From an uncultured Fibrobacterota bacterium (GTDB lineage Bacteria; Fibrobacterota; Chitinivibrionia; Chitinivibrionales; CAYFVL01): a stretch of DNA of 64,000 bases. Within the stretch, counting starts at the first letter, position 1, and each line of letters begins with the position of its first letter. Location of the stretch: positions 1,605-65,604 of the forward strand of contig CAYQOU010000014.1 in the NCBI GenBank assembly GCA_964419255.1, in the 5' to 3' direction. Shown piece after piece: positions 1-10,391 of the stretch. A program made the position numbers and the translations under genes. The notes beneath the pieces were generated by a model that did not search any database, was not told where the DNA came from, and saw nothing but the letters and a program-made list of their open reading frames with translations.

Positions 1-512
1 AAAAAAAAATGCAATACGAAAAAAATGCATTACGCCTCTTTCCCCACCGATATTGGTTCCAAGTTAAAATATAATGTACCTGGGCATCCCTGAGGTGGTG
101 GCATAGTGCGGTGAAATTTTGACGGCCATAGGTGATATGGGAACTATCGCATCGTATGAAGCCCCCCGGAAGAATTCGTTTTGCGGTAAAATATGGAGCA
201 TCACCTGGATGATTTCACCGCACCACCCGGTTCAAAAGATCCCATCATATGCAATTCATCATTTCAGTTTGTGCAGGCCGTCTTTGCAAGCTATCTCTTT
301 TGCGGTGCAGGACGAAGCGCCTTTCAATGAAATCATGCATCTTTCAAAACCGACTGCAGACTTTTTCCTACTATTGTATACTTGTATATTTTCGGGGCGG
401 ACCACCGTTACGCCGAAATCGTTAATTATGCTACAAATGTTGCCTGTATTCATATGACTCGTATGCAATCTGCTCCGCATCACCTTCTAGTAACGATAAG
501 GATTTTGTTGTA

Positions 513-1013
513 ATGATTAGGAACAGTTTATCTAAGCGGCCCTCAATCAGCGTTCTTTCTGCGACATTGGTGTGTTTTCTTTTGAGCTGTACGCTGTCCA
601 CCAACCCATTACAGCCGGAAGACGACTCTTTGCAGCCGCTAACGGACAGATCTTTAGTCACCGGAATCTGGGCCACCTACTATCAGAGAAACCAGGATAT
701 GGAAACCCGGCATGATGATAATACACGGAAATACATAGAAATTACTGCCGACTCCCTGTTTGTGTACCAACCGGAATCTGGCGGGTGTTACAGCTTGCTG
801 CGGACCGATTTTACACACGAGAGCAGGTTTGAGTTTAACACATGGGTTATACAGGAAAACGATGAGTTTTACGTGATCATGTGGGGAGAGACATTCGTTT
901 CTGAATCATATGATACCCTGAGGAATTCTTATCAGGATTCCTTCCTGGGCGATACTACCTACATATATTACGAAAAGATGCCGGATGATTTTCTGATAGC
1001 CGTTTGTGATTAA
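513..1013 (+). CDS. hypothetical lipoprotein
   Basis: 166-aa ORF. The N-terminus MIRNSLSKRPSISVLSATLVCFLLSC has a charged n-region, a hydrophobic core and an LLSC lipobox. No family recognised. Confidence 0.5.
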   Translation: MIRNSLSKRPSISVLSATLVCFLLSCTLSTNPLQPEDDSLQPLTDRSLVTGIWATYYQRNQDMETRHDDNTRKYIEITADSLFVYQPESGGCYSLLRTDFTHESRFEFNTWVIQENDEFYVIMWGETFVSESYDTLRNSYQDSFLGDTTYIYYEKMPDDFLIAVCD

Positions 1014-1232
1014 CTCCTCTATTGCTTACCGCCGCTTTTCACGACGGAATTTTTGTCAGGATGTATCTTTTGATAGTTTATCCTACAAAAATTGTTACTT
1101 CGAAATAGAGCCGCCCCCACATAACTATCAGTGCGCATATTTTTCTTTTTCGGTGAATCAAAAAGCCGGTTTATATTAGTTTTTATCAGCATGTTCTTTA
1201 TGCAAAAAAAGCATTCCAATTGAGGTACTCTT

Positions 1233-3207
1233 ATGACGGTCAGACGCAAAACTCGTTACATTGTTCGCTGTAATCACTTCTCTGTGCATCTTTTCCGTGG
1301 AATCAGCCTCAGCCCAATGGGGATGTTTCCATGGAGCCGATCGCACCAATAAATCCGCCCAGACCGGGCTTCTCAAATCCTGGCCCGAGAAGGGGCCGAC
1401 TCTCGCATGGAGCATATCGGGACTGGGGGAAGGGTACAGCTCTGTATCGTTCTCAAATGGCCTTTTCTATACTGCGGGCAACAAGGATAAGCAGACATAC
1501 GTGTATGCCTACGATCTGAGCGGGAAGCTGGTCTGGGAAAAGAAGGTGGGTAAGGCATGGGAGACCAGACGATCATGGGCACGCGCCTATTCGGGATCCC
1601 GCAGCACCCCCACCATCGATGGCGGGAATCTCTATTTTCTGAATGATGCAGGTCATCTTTCGGCTCTGAATGCAAAATCAGGCGAACTGATCTGGGCGAT
1701 GGATCTGAAGAAAAAGTTTGGTGCCGAGCTGCCCGAGTATGGATATGCCGAATCCGTTCTGATCGAGGGTAATCGGCTGTTCTGCAGCGCCGCGGGGCAT
1801 AAGGGTTTGTGATCTGTCTGAATAAAAAAACTGGTGCGGTTATCTGGTTGAATAACGATATCAAAGGAAATGTCGGATTCAGTTCACATATACTGGCACA
1901 ATCCGGTGGATACCGTCAACTGATCGGACTAAGCTCCGAGCAGCTGTATTGATTAGAAGTCCGGTACCCTGCTGTGGAGTGTTCCCTTCAAAAACAGCCG
2001 CGACAACAACTGCACCGACCCGATATTCCATAATGATTATGTATTTGTCTCCACCGGCTATGGAAGGGGTTCGATGCTGGTGAAGCTGAGCACATCGGGT
2101 AAAAAAGTTTCGGCTGAGACCATCTACTCCACCGAACTGATGGATAACCACCATGGCGGAGTTATTCTTCACGAAGGGCACGTATATGGATCGGGCTCGT
2201 ATGCATCGGGGTGGTTCTGTCTGGATCTGATGAGCGGAAAGCAGAAGTGGAATTCGCGAGGAAAAGGGTCACTTACCTATGCCGACGGGATGTTGTACTG
2301 CCTGGATGCTTTTAGAATGAAAGACGGAGATGATGCCAGCTGTACCAATCTCAATCGAGTCAGTACACCCAGCCTGGTCGCTACCAATCCGAAATTATTG
2401 GATAGTCTGGACTGTTTTTCATTTGCATCCGTCGCATCTTCGAAACACAAAGAGCACCCATGGTTATCTCTGGAGTCATCCGCTGATGAAAACACATTCT
2501 ATGGTATAGCAGACCAAAACTCTATTGAGTGGATATTGGGAAAATCTACAGGTGATACTCTTGCCAATATCAGCGAAAATGGTGAGCCTCTCAATATAAT
2601 CCTTGCTGCCGGTCTGGAGAATTCGGTTTTACATGGGAATGTAATTATCAGCGAGAAAAATTTTATTCGCCATTTCCCCTCGATCAGCGGATACCGTCTC
2701 TTTCTGGCAGCCGCCCCGCAGGGAAAAGAGATGGAAATCGGGAAGGCACTAAATACCATATCCATGAATGAGGGTGGCTACTTTGTTCCCACGACAAAAC
2801 GATTGCAAGCCGTAAATAGCGTCACGAATACGTATCTATCCATTTTCAGCCTGCTTGGACTTTTTGGGCTTTTGTCAGGCTGTCTGGGTTTGGCTATCGT
2901 TTTTGTACGGACCTTGCATGAAAGGCGCTTCGAGTTAGCCACGCTTGAGGCTCAGGGGTTCTCCCGCATGTATGTCCAAAAAATTCTTTACATCGAATAC
3001 GCCATTTTGTGTCTTGCCGGAATTTTTTCCGGGATCATACCAGCTATGTTAATCTCGGGAACATCACTGGGCATCGGTTCGTGTGTTCACATCGCGGTTC
3101 TTTTGATAATAGTGCTGACAGCGGGTTTATGCTCCGTTTACCTGGGGATGCGGATCTCGCTTCGGTCTTCTCTGCTTTACATACTTCGGGAGAAAAATGA
3201 TGAATGA
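1233..3207 (+). pseudogene. disrupted PQQ-like beta-propeller gene fused in frame to the C-terminal part of an FtsX/MacB-type ABC permease
   Basis: Frame-1 ORFs 1261-1812 and 2074-3207 carry propeller-type repeats (LSGKLVWEKKVG, AKSGELIWAMDL, MSGKQKWNSRG). The blade between them (GFVICLNKKTGAVIWLNNDIKG...) reads only in frame 3 (1803-1949). The frame switch lies inside the GGGTTT run at 1803-1808. Stops occur at 1950 (frame 3) and 1954 (frame 1). A signal-peptide-like start (ATG 1233, MTVRRKTRYI) sits in yet another frame. From about nt 2380 the product reads as an FtsX permease C-terminus (ISEKNFIRHFPSISGYRLFL, RRFELATLEAQGFS, then TM helices). Confidence 0.55.
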
Positions 3208-3319
3208 GTTGACATCTTTGTTTCTGTAGCCTCAAGTCCGTACAAAAGGAGGAAATCACTGAACCAGGGTCAATGGATTAAGGAAGAAAAACAAAGGCAA
3301 ATCGTAATACCCTTAGAGC

Positions 3320-4399
3320 TTAATCCTTTACGATAAAAACTCCATCACCACTGGCGCAATTAAAAGCCCGTGGTCTGATCACTCCCGGTAAGGCATCGTA
3401 TACAACCGCCCAGATTCTGAAAGCCATGTCATGGTCGGTAATGGGAGGTAAAAATTTGACCAGATCATCTCCGCTGTTATCTACCTTTATCGCCGAATCC
3501 GGATCGGCAAAGGTCGTATTATCCATCTGATAGAAAAAGGTATATACAAGCCATTCATCTGCAGTCTCTTTTGGAGAAGAACGTCTCATCCCCTTCGAGT
3601 CAAATGTCCCGGCTGCAAGATAAAACAGGGAATCATCGGTGATTGAAACCTCACAAAAAAGGCTCTGCGGTTGATTTGCGTTATATAGATAATGAAATGT
3701 ATGGCCCGCTCTCTCAAAAGAGTTGATGGACTTTGTAGTTGAATCTTGCAAATCCGTCATATAAATGCCGATCCATTCGATCGGTGGGTTTTCATTTGCT
3801 TTCATTATGGGTATCTTTCTGTTATACCTCACTAAGAAATTACTCCAGACCTCCAGAGTTTTTCCCGATTTTGATTCGGCATGCATACTGATCATCGACC
3901 ATTTATACAACGCCGATACTCGAGAAATGATCGATTCCAGGGAATCGGTTTGAGCAGATGTTAAGCGGTTGTAATCGCCATCAAGGGAATCCTCTACATA
4001 CATGCATAGGGATTTTGCATGATTGTAAGCATCGCTCCCATCCGCCAGAATAGTATCCGGTATAACAAATTCGACAGAGTATGAATCCGGCAAGTGTGAT
4101 TGTGTGGATATTGTCTGGAGCGGCATTCTGTCTATAAGAGTTTCGGCATTTGTCACATGATCGTAGGAAATTTGCATGTCTCTGATTCTCATTACAGGAT
4201 CTCCGGCAAAATGTATTGTCATGCCCACAGTATCTCCCGGAGATACGTCAGGTGAAGGGGTGTAAACGGTGCTGATAACCCTAATTTTATCTTCTGTAAT
4301 CTGCTCAAAGACCGGCTCATATATTCTGCTGCATTGACTGAACACAAGAAGCCCACACATTATAAAACCAGCGCCGGCAAAACGTTTTAAAATTCGCAT
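3320..4399 (-). CDS. hypothetical exported protein (possible lipoprotein), partner of the upstream receptor
   Basis: 359-aa ORF. N-terminus is MRILKRFAGAGFIMCGLLVFSQCS (signal peptide with Cys). Its start overlaps the stop of the upstream receptor gene by 13 nt. No family recognised. Confidence 0.6.
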   Translation of the reverse strand: MRILKRFAGAGFIMCGLLVFSQCSRIYEPVFEQITEDKIRVISTVYTPSPDVSPGDTVGMTIHFAGDPVMRIRDMQISYDHVTNAETLIDRMPLQTISTQSHLPDSYSVEFVIPDTILADGSDAYNHAKSLCMYVEDSLDGDYNRLTSAQTDSLESIISRVSALYKWSMISMHAESKSGKTLEVWSNFLVRYNRKIPIMKANENPPIEWIGIYMTDLQDSTTKSINSFERAGHTFHYLYNANQPQSLFCEVSITDDSLFYLAAGTFDSKGMRRSSPKETADEWLVYTFFYQMDNTTFADPDSAIKVDNSGDDLVKFLPPITDHDMAFRIWAVVYDALPGVIRPRAFNCASGDGVFIVKD

Positions 4400-7317
4400 G
4401 ATAATCCTACCACTGGAACAGGAAAGACTGAAATGGGATTTCCTTTTGAATAATCATAATACCAGTCAGTCAGCTCTTTGGGATTATAAACAGGCTCTCC
4501 ATCACTGCCTTCTACAAACTGCAAAAGGTGAAGTGCATTAGTCAATTCTGCTCGAAGAGTAAAGATCATATTTTTCATAATGAATCTTTTCGAAAAAAGG
4601 AGATCTATACCAAAGTGAGAATCCGTTCGTTGCGAATTTTTTTCTCCAAGAGTGGGAACATACCTCATTTCCGTCGCATTATAGCGCACAGCCAGAAGAG
4701 GGGTTTCCGGGAAACCGTCGGTATATTGAAATCGAGCCCCAAACTCCATGTTATTATTAAAAAGAACGGATGCATATATCTGTGCGTTGTGCATATTGTC
4801 CCGTCGATGGAGAACCATTTTTTGTTCGGTAAAGTCATACACCTCTGAACGGCCGAGTGTATAGGTTAATCCGTACCAGAATCGCTCTCCTCGCTCTTTT
4901 TTGAGCGCCAGCTCAATTCCGCGTTGCTGCGCTTTACCATCGGCGAAGATGGATACTTCAGAATCAAGCACAAGATCTTTTTGGGTAGGCAGGCGGGGAA
5001 TATCCCATTGATTTTTAACATAAGCCCCAATTGTAGCCGTATGCCTGTCGGTTAGACGCAAATCATAGCCAAAAGTAAACTGATTGCCGCGAGTTACCGG
5101 AAGCTCTGGGTTTCCCCTCTGAGGATCAATAAGGGAGGTCCGATTCGACATATCCCTCCCGATGCTCAGATCGGACATGTCTTCAATTCTAGGTGCCTGG
5201 TTATGTGCTCCCAGACTTAAACGAGCAGTATGATTTTTCCAGGGCGAAACCATCGCTGATACGTGAGCCGCAGCGGCAACCGAAAAATCTGTTTTAATCT
5301 GTTTTGACATGTCCCAGAATTCCGGCAACAGCCCACCATCAAATGAAAGACTTGGATAATAATCGTACCGAACTCCCACGCCGATCGTGAAATCTTTCCA
5401 TGGATACCATTGAGCGTTCAAATAGCTTCCATATGGCCCCAAATCAACATTTACAGTGTCATTCCATACTGTATCTGTAAGAGCAGCCACAAAAAGTTCA
5501 TTATCTTTGTGCGTAGCCTCTATTCCCCAATCAAGAACAATTTCAGATGTCGGCTGCATTGACAGCTCATTTCTTATAAAATTGTATACCGTCTCATTTC
5601 TGAGTTTTGAATATCCCCGATCAGAGCAGCTTGTGTGCGAAAAGCCGATCCCATACTGTGCTCTGTTTTTGATAATTTCATTAATTTCAGCTTTCCATAT
5701 GAGATTACCGCTTACTAACCCCTTGCCAAATTTAAACGACTCCATTTCCGGGTCTTTTTTGGCGCTCCCCAGGTTTCTGCCGCCCCTAATGGTTAGTTTC
5801 ATTGTGTCTTTTGCTAAAATAAAGAAGCCCGATACAGAATGCCCGGCAGAGGGTGCCACATCCATTTTTACAAAAGCATCATGATAAGACGGCATGACAT
5901 CGTATGGCAAAGGCTCCTCTGTAAACCTGCTATAAACTGCCTTAAACACCTTATCATAGTATGATTTAGTTCCAGAGGCCATAAAGGACAGTTTTGGATT
6001 CGGTTTAGATTCCAGGAAAAAGGAGGCTTCAGTTTCGCTAATATCAACAATTCCGTGCATTCGTTCATCGCTGGCGCTTCGTGTATTTAGTTGAATGACA
6101 CTTCCGACCGCATCACCGTATTTTACACCCAGGCCATTGGGAAAGTAATCCAGTGCTTCTATCATATCCGCATGGCAGAATGAGCGGGGATGTGTCAGGG
6201 GCAGATGAAAAAGATATGGAAGCTCGAAACCATCAATAAACACACGGGTATTCTGCTCACCCGTGCCACGGATAATTAATTCGCTGGAGGAAAGACTTGC
6301 TCTGGTAATTCCAGGAAGAGTACGAAGAGCCCGCAGAACATCCTTACCCGCTCCGGGGACATGTGCAATCTCAGCTGCAGAAAGAGAATATCCTTTTGCC
6401 AAATCCGGTTCATCACGCCCGTAAACCACTATTTCGTATGGGTTGTACCGTTTCCTCTCAAGCCGAATGTCCAATTCATCCTCTCCGTTTTCCTCCGGCA
6501 GAAACTCCTCTTCTTCATATATGTGGTATCCCGGGCATACAACCAATACACTGCACAAAGCAATCGGGACATATTTAAAGGAAAATCGCCCCACGGAATC
6601 AGTTTTCCCGATAAGCTTTCCTTCTTCATAGGTGTATCCGTCAAGTGCCCCGATTATTTTCAGAACTTTACTCATTGTGTTTTCTTGGTAAGCACCGGTG
6701 GTGGTATCCGGGTTTTGGGTTCCATTCGTTTTAAGGTCACCATCATCGTGTTCTTCATTTGGCCAGATAGCCACGTACGCCTCTGGAACCGGATCCCGCG
6801 TACCCATCTCACGGATTTGGCCATCTAAATGCGAAAGCTTTATTGTCGAATCTATATACATGGAGGGATCAAAAAAATACTCCCACTCCATTGAAACACT
6901 CACCGGCTCGCCATCTATAAGTATCGGCTCGAATGTTAGATCATACGCCGCCCGCGCCGCGTTTTGATCCAGTATTGAGTCGCACCCCTGTTCTATCTTG
7001 ACTCGATCAACGCTACCATTTTCATCTATAGTAATGGTCAGCAAAACAGTCCCCCCGATACCATTGAGGATACATTCGGGTGGGTAAACAGCCCGGGAAG
7101 CGCTGATCAGCTGTGGAGAAACAAAAAGGGATTCAGCAGAAGATTCTTCATTTTTTAATGCACGGGAGGCAGAATCTGTCGATGTAGACGCTGAGGAGGC
7201 ATTGGTATCCTGGATGGTTTTAATCTGAGTTGAGTTTTCATTCTGAGCCCCCGCCATATGTATAACGCTCGAAAACCCTATTGCTAAACCGACAAAGCAC
7301 TGTAAACGTATGTTCAT
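4387..7317 (-). CDS. TonB-dependent receptor-like outer membrane protein with N-terminal TonB C-terminal-type domain and carboxypeptidase-regulatory-like domain
   Basis: Start moved to ATG 7317 (MNIRLQCFVGLAIGFSSVIHMAGA signal peptide). TonB_C-like segment: AVYPPECILNGIGGTVLLTITIDENGSVDRVKIEQGCDSILDQNAARAAYDLTFEP. Plug-like segment: VLRALRTLPGITRASLSSSELIIRGTGEQNTRVFIDGFELP. A long beta-rich C-terminus ends in a terminal Phe (GLSCEF). Confidence 0.75.
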   Translation of the reverse strand: MNIRLQCFVGLAIGFSSVIHMAGAQNENSTQIKTIQDTNASSASTSTDSASRALKNEESSAESLFVSPQLISASRAVYPPECILNGIGGTVLLTITIDENGSVDRVKIEQGCDSILDQNAARAAYDLTFEPILIDGEPVSVSMEWEYFFDPSMYIDSTIKLSHLDGQIREMGTRDPVPEAYVAIWPNEEHDDGDLKTNGTQNPDTTTGAYQENTMSKVLKIIGALDGYTYEEGKLIGKTDSVGRFSFKYVPIALCSVLVVCPGYHIYEEEEFLPEENGEDELDIRLERKRYNPYEIVVYGRDEPDLAKGYSLSAAEIAHVPGAGKDVLRALRTLPGITRASLSSSELIIRGTGEQNTRVFIDGFELPYLFHLPLTHPRSFCHADMIEALDYFPNGLGVKYGDAVGSVIQLNTRSASDERMHGIVDISETEASFFLESKPNPKLSFMASGTKSYYDKVFKAVYSRFTEEPLPYDVMPSYHDAFVKMDVAPSAGHSVSGFFILAKDTMKLTIRGGRNLGSAKKDPEMESFKFGKGLVSGNLIWKAEINEIIKNRAQYGIGFSHTSCSDRGYSKLRNETVYNFIRNELSMQPTSEIVLDWGIEATHKDNELFVAALTDTVWNDTVNVDLGPYGSYLNAQWYPWKDFTIGVGVRYDYYPSLSFDGGLLPEFWDMSKQIKTDFSVAAAAHVSAMVSPWKNHTARLSLGAHNQAPRIEDMSDLSIGRDMSNRTSLIDPQRGNPELPVTRGNQFTFGYDLRLTDRHTATIGAYVKNQWDIPRLPTQKDLVLDSEVSIFADGKAQQRGIELALKKERGERFWYGLTYTLGRSEVYDFTEQKMVLHRRDNMHNAQIYASVLFNNNMEFGARFQYTDGFPETPLLAVRYNATEMRYVPTLGEKNSQRTDSHFGIDLLFSKRFIMKNMIFTLRAELTNALHLLQFVEGSDGEPVYNPKELTDWYYDYSKGNPISVFPVPVVGLSCEF

Positions 7318-7633
7318 GCGCTCACGACCGTTTTGTGAATATATGGAATGTAAAGTTGGAGGGTATACGCTCATGTTAAAATGTATATTGCTTTTGCGCA
7401 CAATAAAAATGGGCTGGATAACAAAAAAAACCGATGGCAATCACGATAGCGATTGGATTTGGATAACAAGAACAATGCGGGGAAAGGGGAAAATATATAG
7501 GTCTACCCAGGTCTCCGTACTCGAAACTCCATGATAACTTATGTGTGGGATATAGAATTTGGCCTGTTGCGGCAGAGTAGGCTTTGATTCTCGCGACTTT
7601 AGCTTCTTAATATTATTACTGAAGTTAGAAGTG

Positions 7634-7657
7634 GTGGGGTAAACAGCTTTACCCCAC
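7634..7657 (-). terminator. stem-loop immediately downstream of nrdJ
   Basis: Perfect 10-bp stem GTGGGGTAAA/TTTACCCCAC with loop CAGC, 16 nt past the nrdJ stop. On the minus strand the T-run lies 5' of the stem rather than 3', so this is not a canonical intrinsic terminator. Confidence 0.4.
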
Positions 7658-7672
7658 CGAAAAAGTATATCC

Positions 7673-10066
7673 TTACCCGCATTTGGAAAACCCGCAGCTG
7701 CGACAAACCGCACAGCCACCTTCATGCTCCATCATTCCACCGCATTCGGGGCATTGCGGACAGTGTCCCAGATCGACCTCCACCGCCTTGTAGTTTTCAG
7801 AGGATTCGGAGCTTATTGACGCTCCGGGAAGGCTGAGAGCTGCGTTACGCATGTGTTCCATTTCGTTTATCGCCTTTTCCAGCACCCGGGCGATCGCATC
7901 GGCGCAGGAAAGAATCATTTCTCCTTCACTCCAGGTTGGTACGGGACAGCGTATACCACGAAGCTGCTCGACCAGAGATTTTGGATCCACACCCGAACGC
8001 AGAGACACCGACAGGAGACGCGCGACGGCTTCGGCATTGGATGCGGCACAACCTCCGGATTTACCCATCTGAGTAAAAACTTCGCACAGCCCATACTCGT
8101 CGGAATTAATATTAACATACAGATTTCCACATCCTGTTTTGGCCTTGTAGGTACGGCCATGAGTCACTCCCGGACGCGGTCGAGGATGGATACTTCCGGG
8201 ACCGATATGTGAGATAACCGCTCCTCCATTCTGACCTTTCCCACTGGTTAGAACCTGATTCTGCCGTGATCCGTCACGGTATACAGTCACCCCCTTACAA
8301 TTCAACTCGTAGGCATACCTGAATACCTCTTCGACATCGGCGACCGTTGCATCGTTGCGGAAATTTACAGTTTTGGAAACTGCATTATCGGTGTATTTCT
8401 GGAAAGATGCCTGTATCGATATGTGCCACCGAGGCTCGATATCATGAGAAGTCACAAAAACATCCCGTATGCGTTTGGGGATACCATACACCTTGCATAA
8501 GCTTCCGGTATCGGCAACCATCTTCACCAGTTCCTTGGAGTAGAAGCCCTCCTGATGCGCAATTTTTTCGAACGCAGGATGAATCTCCAGCAAGTGCTCT
8601 CCATCAAGGACATTCTTTTCGTAGGCGATCGCAAACAGCGGCTCGATTCCGCTTGAACACCCGGCGATCATACTGATGGTACCGGTCGGGGCAATGGTTG
8701 TCACCGTTGCGTTACGCATCGGCAAACCATCTTTTTTGTCATATACAGAGCCCTCATAGTTTGGGAAAACACCACGTTCCTGTCCTAAAAATGCACTGAC
8801 CTTATGCCCTTCGGCTTGGATAAATTTCATCACTTCCTCGGCGATGTTTGCCGCAGCATGTGAGTTGTACGGAATCCCCAGTTCGATGAGAAGATCGGCA
8901 AAACCCATAACACCAAGACCGATCTTCCGATTACTCTTTGTCATTTTGTCGATCTCAGGCAGGGGATATTTGTTTACCTCGATAACATCATCCAGAAAGC
9001 GGACCGCGGTCGTGATAGTGTCGCTGAGTTTGGCATAATCGATTCTTTTCTCTCGATTCTCCTCCTTGATCATGCGAGCCAGATTGATAGAGCCAAGGTT
9101 ACATGATTCATAAGGTAAAAGCGGCTGCTCACCACAGGGGTTGGTACTTTCTATCTGTCCCACATGGGGGGTGGGATTTGAGGCATTTATCCTGTCCAGA
9201 AAGACTATTCCTGGCTCTCCATTTTGCCAGGCAAGTTGAACAACCCGCTTAAACACTTTTTTTGCCTTAAGCTGCCCCACCACCTCTCCGGTTCTCGGAT
9301 TACGCAGTGGATACTCCTCATCCCGCTTCAGGGCTTCCATAAACTCATTAGTTACACCAACTGAAATATTGAAATTCGAAAGGAACCCATCCCGCTCCTT
9401 CATCTCGATAAAATCCATTATCTCAGGATGGGTGCAGTTGAGAATCCCCATGTTAGCGCCCCTGCGCGTCCCCCCCTGTTTTACCGTCTCGGTAGCGATG
9501 TCAAACACCCGCATGAAACTAAGCGGCCCGCTGGACACGCCCTTGGTTGATTTGACCCGATCGTTCTTCGGCCTGACATTAGAAAACGAAAAACCGGTCC
9601 CTCCCCCACTCTTATGAATAAGCGCCGTATTCTTAACGGCAGTGAAGATATCCTCCATCGAGTCCCCGATTGGCAGTACAAAACAGGCGGAAAGCTGCTG
9701 AAGCTCTCGCCCCGCATTCATCAGCGTCGGTGAATTAGGCAGAAAATCCATATTGGCCATCATGGTATAAAATTTTTCGATCCAGATAGTAGTATTAACT
9801 TCGGGATCAAAGATTTTTTCGGCACCGGCAATGTTTTCAGCGACCCGATAAAATAACTCTTCAGGAGTTTCTACAGGATTTCCATTCTCATCCTTACGAA
9901 GATAGCGCTTTTCGAGAACCTTACGCGCATTATCGGAGATTCTGACCTTTTTCTCTAAAAGATGCGTTTTTAATATCCGAGTTTGCCCCTGTTGTGGGGA
10001 TTCAGACTTCGAGACTGTTGACCGAACCGTTTTGCCGGCCTTGTCAATGGTAGCTTCTGGGGACAT
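7673..10066 (-). CDS. nrdJ: adenosylcobalamin-dependent (class II) ribonucleotide reductase
   Basis: 797 aa. Class II RNR motifs read by eye: LSACFVLP, TNPCGEQPLLPYESCNLGSINL, and the C-terminal Cys cluster CPQCPECGGMMEHEGGCAVCRSCGFSKCG. AGGAG lies 8 nt upstream of the ATG. Confidence 0.9.
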   Translation of the reverse strand: MSPEATIDKAGKTVRSTVSKSESPQQGQTRILKTHLLEKKVRISDNARKVLEKRYLRKDENGNPVETPEELFYRVAENIAGAEKIFDPEVNTTIWIEKFYTMMANMDFLPNSPTLMNAGRELQQLSACFVLPIGDSMEDIFTAVKNTALIHKSGGGTGFSFSNVRPKNDRVKSTKGVSSGPLSFMRVFDIATETVKQGGTRRGANMGILNCTHPEIMDFIEMKERDGFLSNFNISVGVTNEFMEALKRDEEYPLRNPRTGEVVGQLKAKKVFKRVVQLAWQNGEPGIVFLDRINASNPTPHVGQIESTNPCGEQPLLPYESCNLGSINLARMIKEENREKRIDYAKLSDTITTAVRFLDDVIEVNKYPLPEIDKMTKSNRKIGLGVMGFADLLIELGIPYNSHAAANIAEEVMKFIQAEGHKVSAFLGQERGVFPNYEGSVYDKKDGLPMRNATVTTIAPTGTISMIAGCSSGIEPLFAIAYEKNVLDGEHLLEIHPAFEKIAHQEGFYSKELVKMVADTGSLCKVYGIPKRIRDVFVTSHDIEPRWHISIQASFQKYTDNAVSKTVNFRNDATVADVEEVFRYAYELNCKGVTVYRDGSRQNQVLTSGKGQNGGAVISHIGPGSIHPRPRPGVTHGRTYKAKTGCGNLYVNINSDEYGLCEVFTQMGKSGGCAASNAEAVARLLSVSLRSGVDPKSLVEQLRGIRCPVPTWSEGEMILSCADAIARVLEKAINEMEHMRNAALSLPGASISSESSENYKAVEVDLGHCPQCPECGGMMEHEGGCAVCRSCGFSKCG

Positions 10067-10391
10067 GGTAATGACTCCTAACGTTTTATCTTCTTATGAT
10101 TCTTTTTCGAGTGGAAGCAGGCGTCGAACAGAATACATCAGCAAAACATACAATGGATAGCGCCCGTCCGTGTCAGTTAAAATATCTATCCTAAATGGCA
10201 GTGTCAAGTAGAAAACCTCTCCTTCATACAATATACGGTATAGCGAGCACACCTATTGCCCCACGGATTGTATGAAGAGAGCAATCACCATTATAGCTAT
10301 ATGCAATGGAGTCAAACACTTAAGCTTTTTCCCATCGCTAACAATAACTATATTTACACACATTTGTGTCAGATCTGAAAGGAGATCGTCC

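Noticed and set aside
1-35. Direct repeat AAAAAATGCAWTACG occurring twice at the window edge
   Set aside because: It is short, A-rich and truncated by the window boundary, so it cannot be interpreted.
119-676. Small overlapping ORFs (112, 74 and 81 aa) at the window start
   Set aside because: They conflict with one another, have no RBS or motif support, and one overlaps the lipoprotein gene start.
7318-7440. 41-aa N-terminal extension of the receptor ORF
   Set aside because: The signal peptide starts at the internal Met (7317), and the upstream residues have no export-signal character.
10067-10391. Possible cobalamin riboswitch upstream of nrdJ
   Set aside because: No B12-box-like core was recognised. 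In addition, class II RNR uses B12 as a cofactor, so riboswitch repression is not expected.
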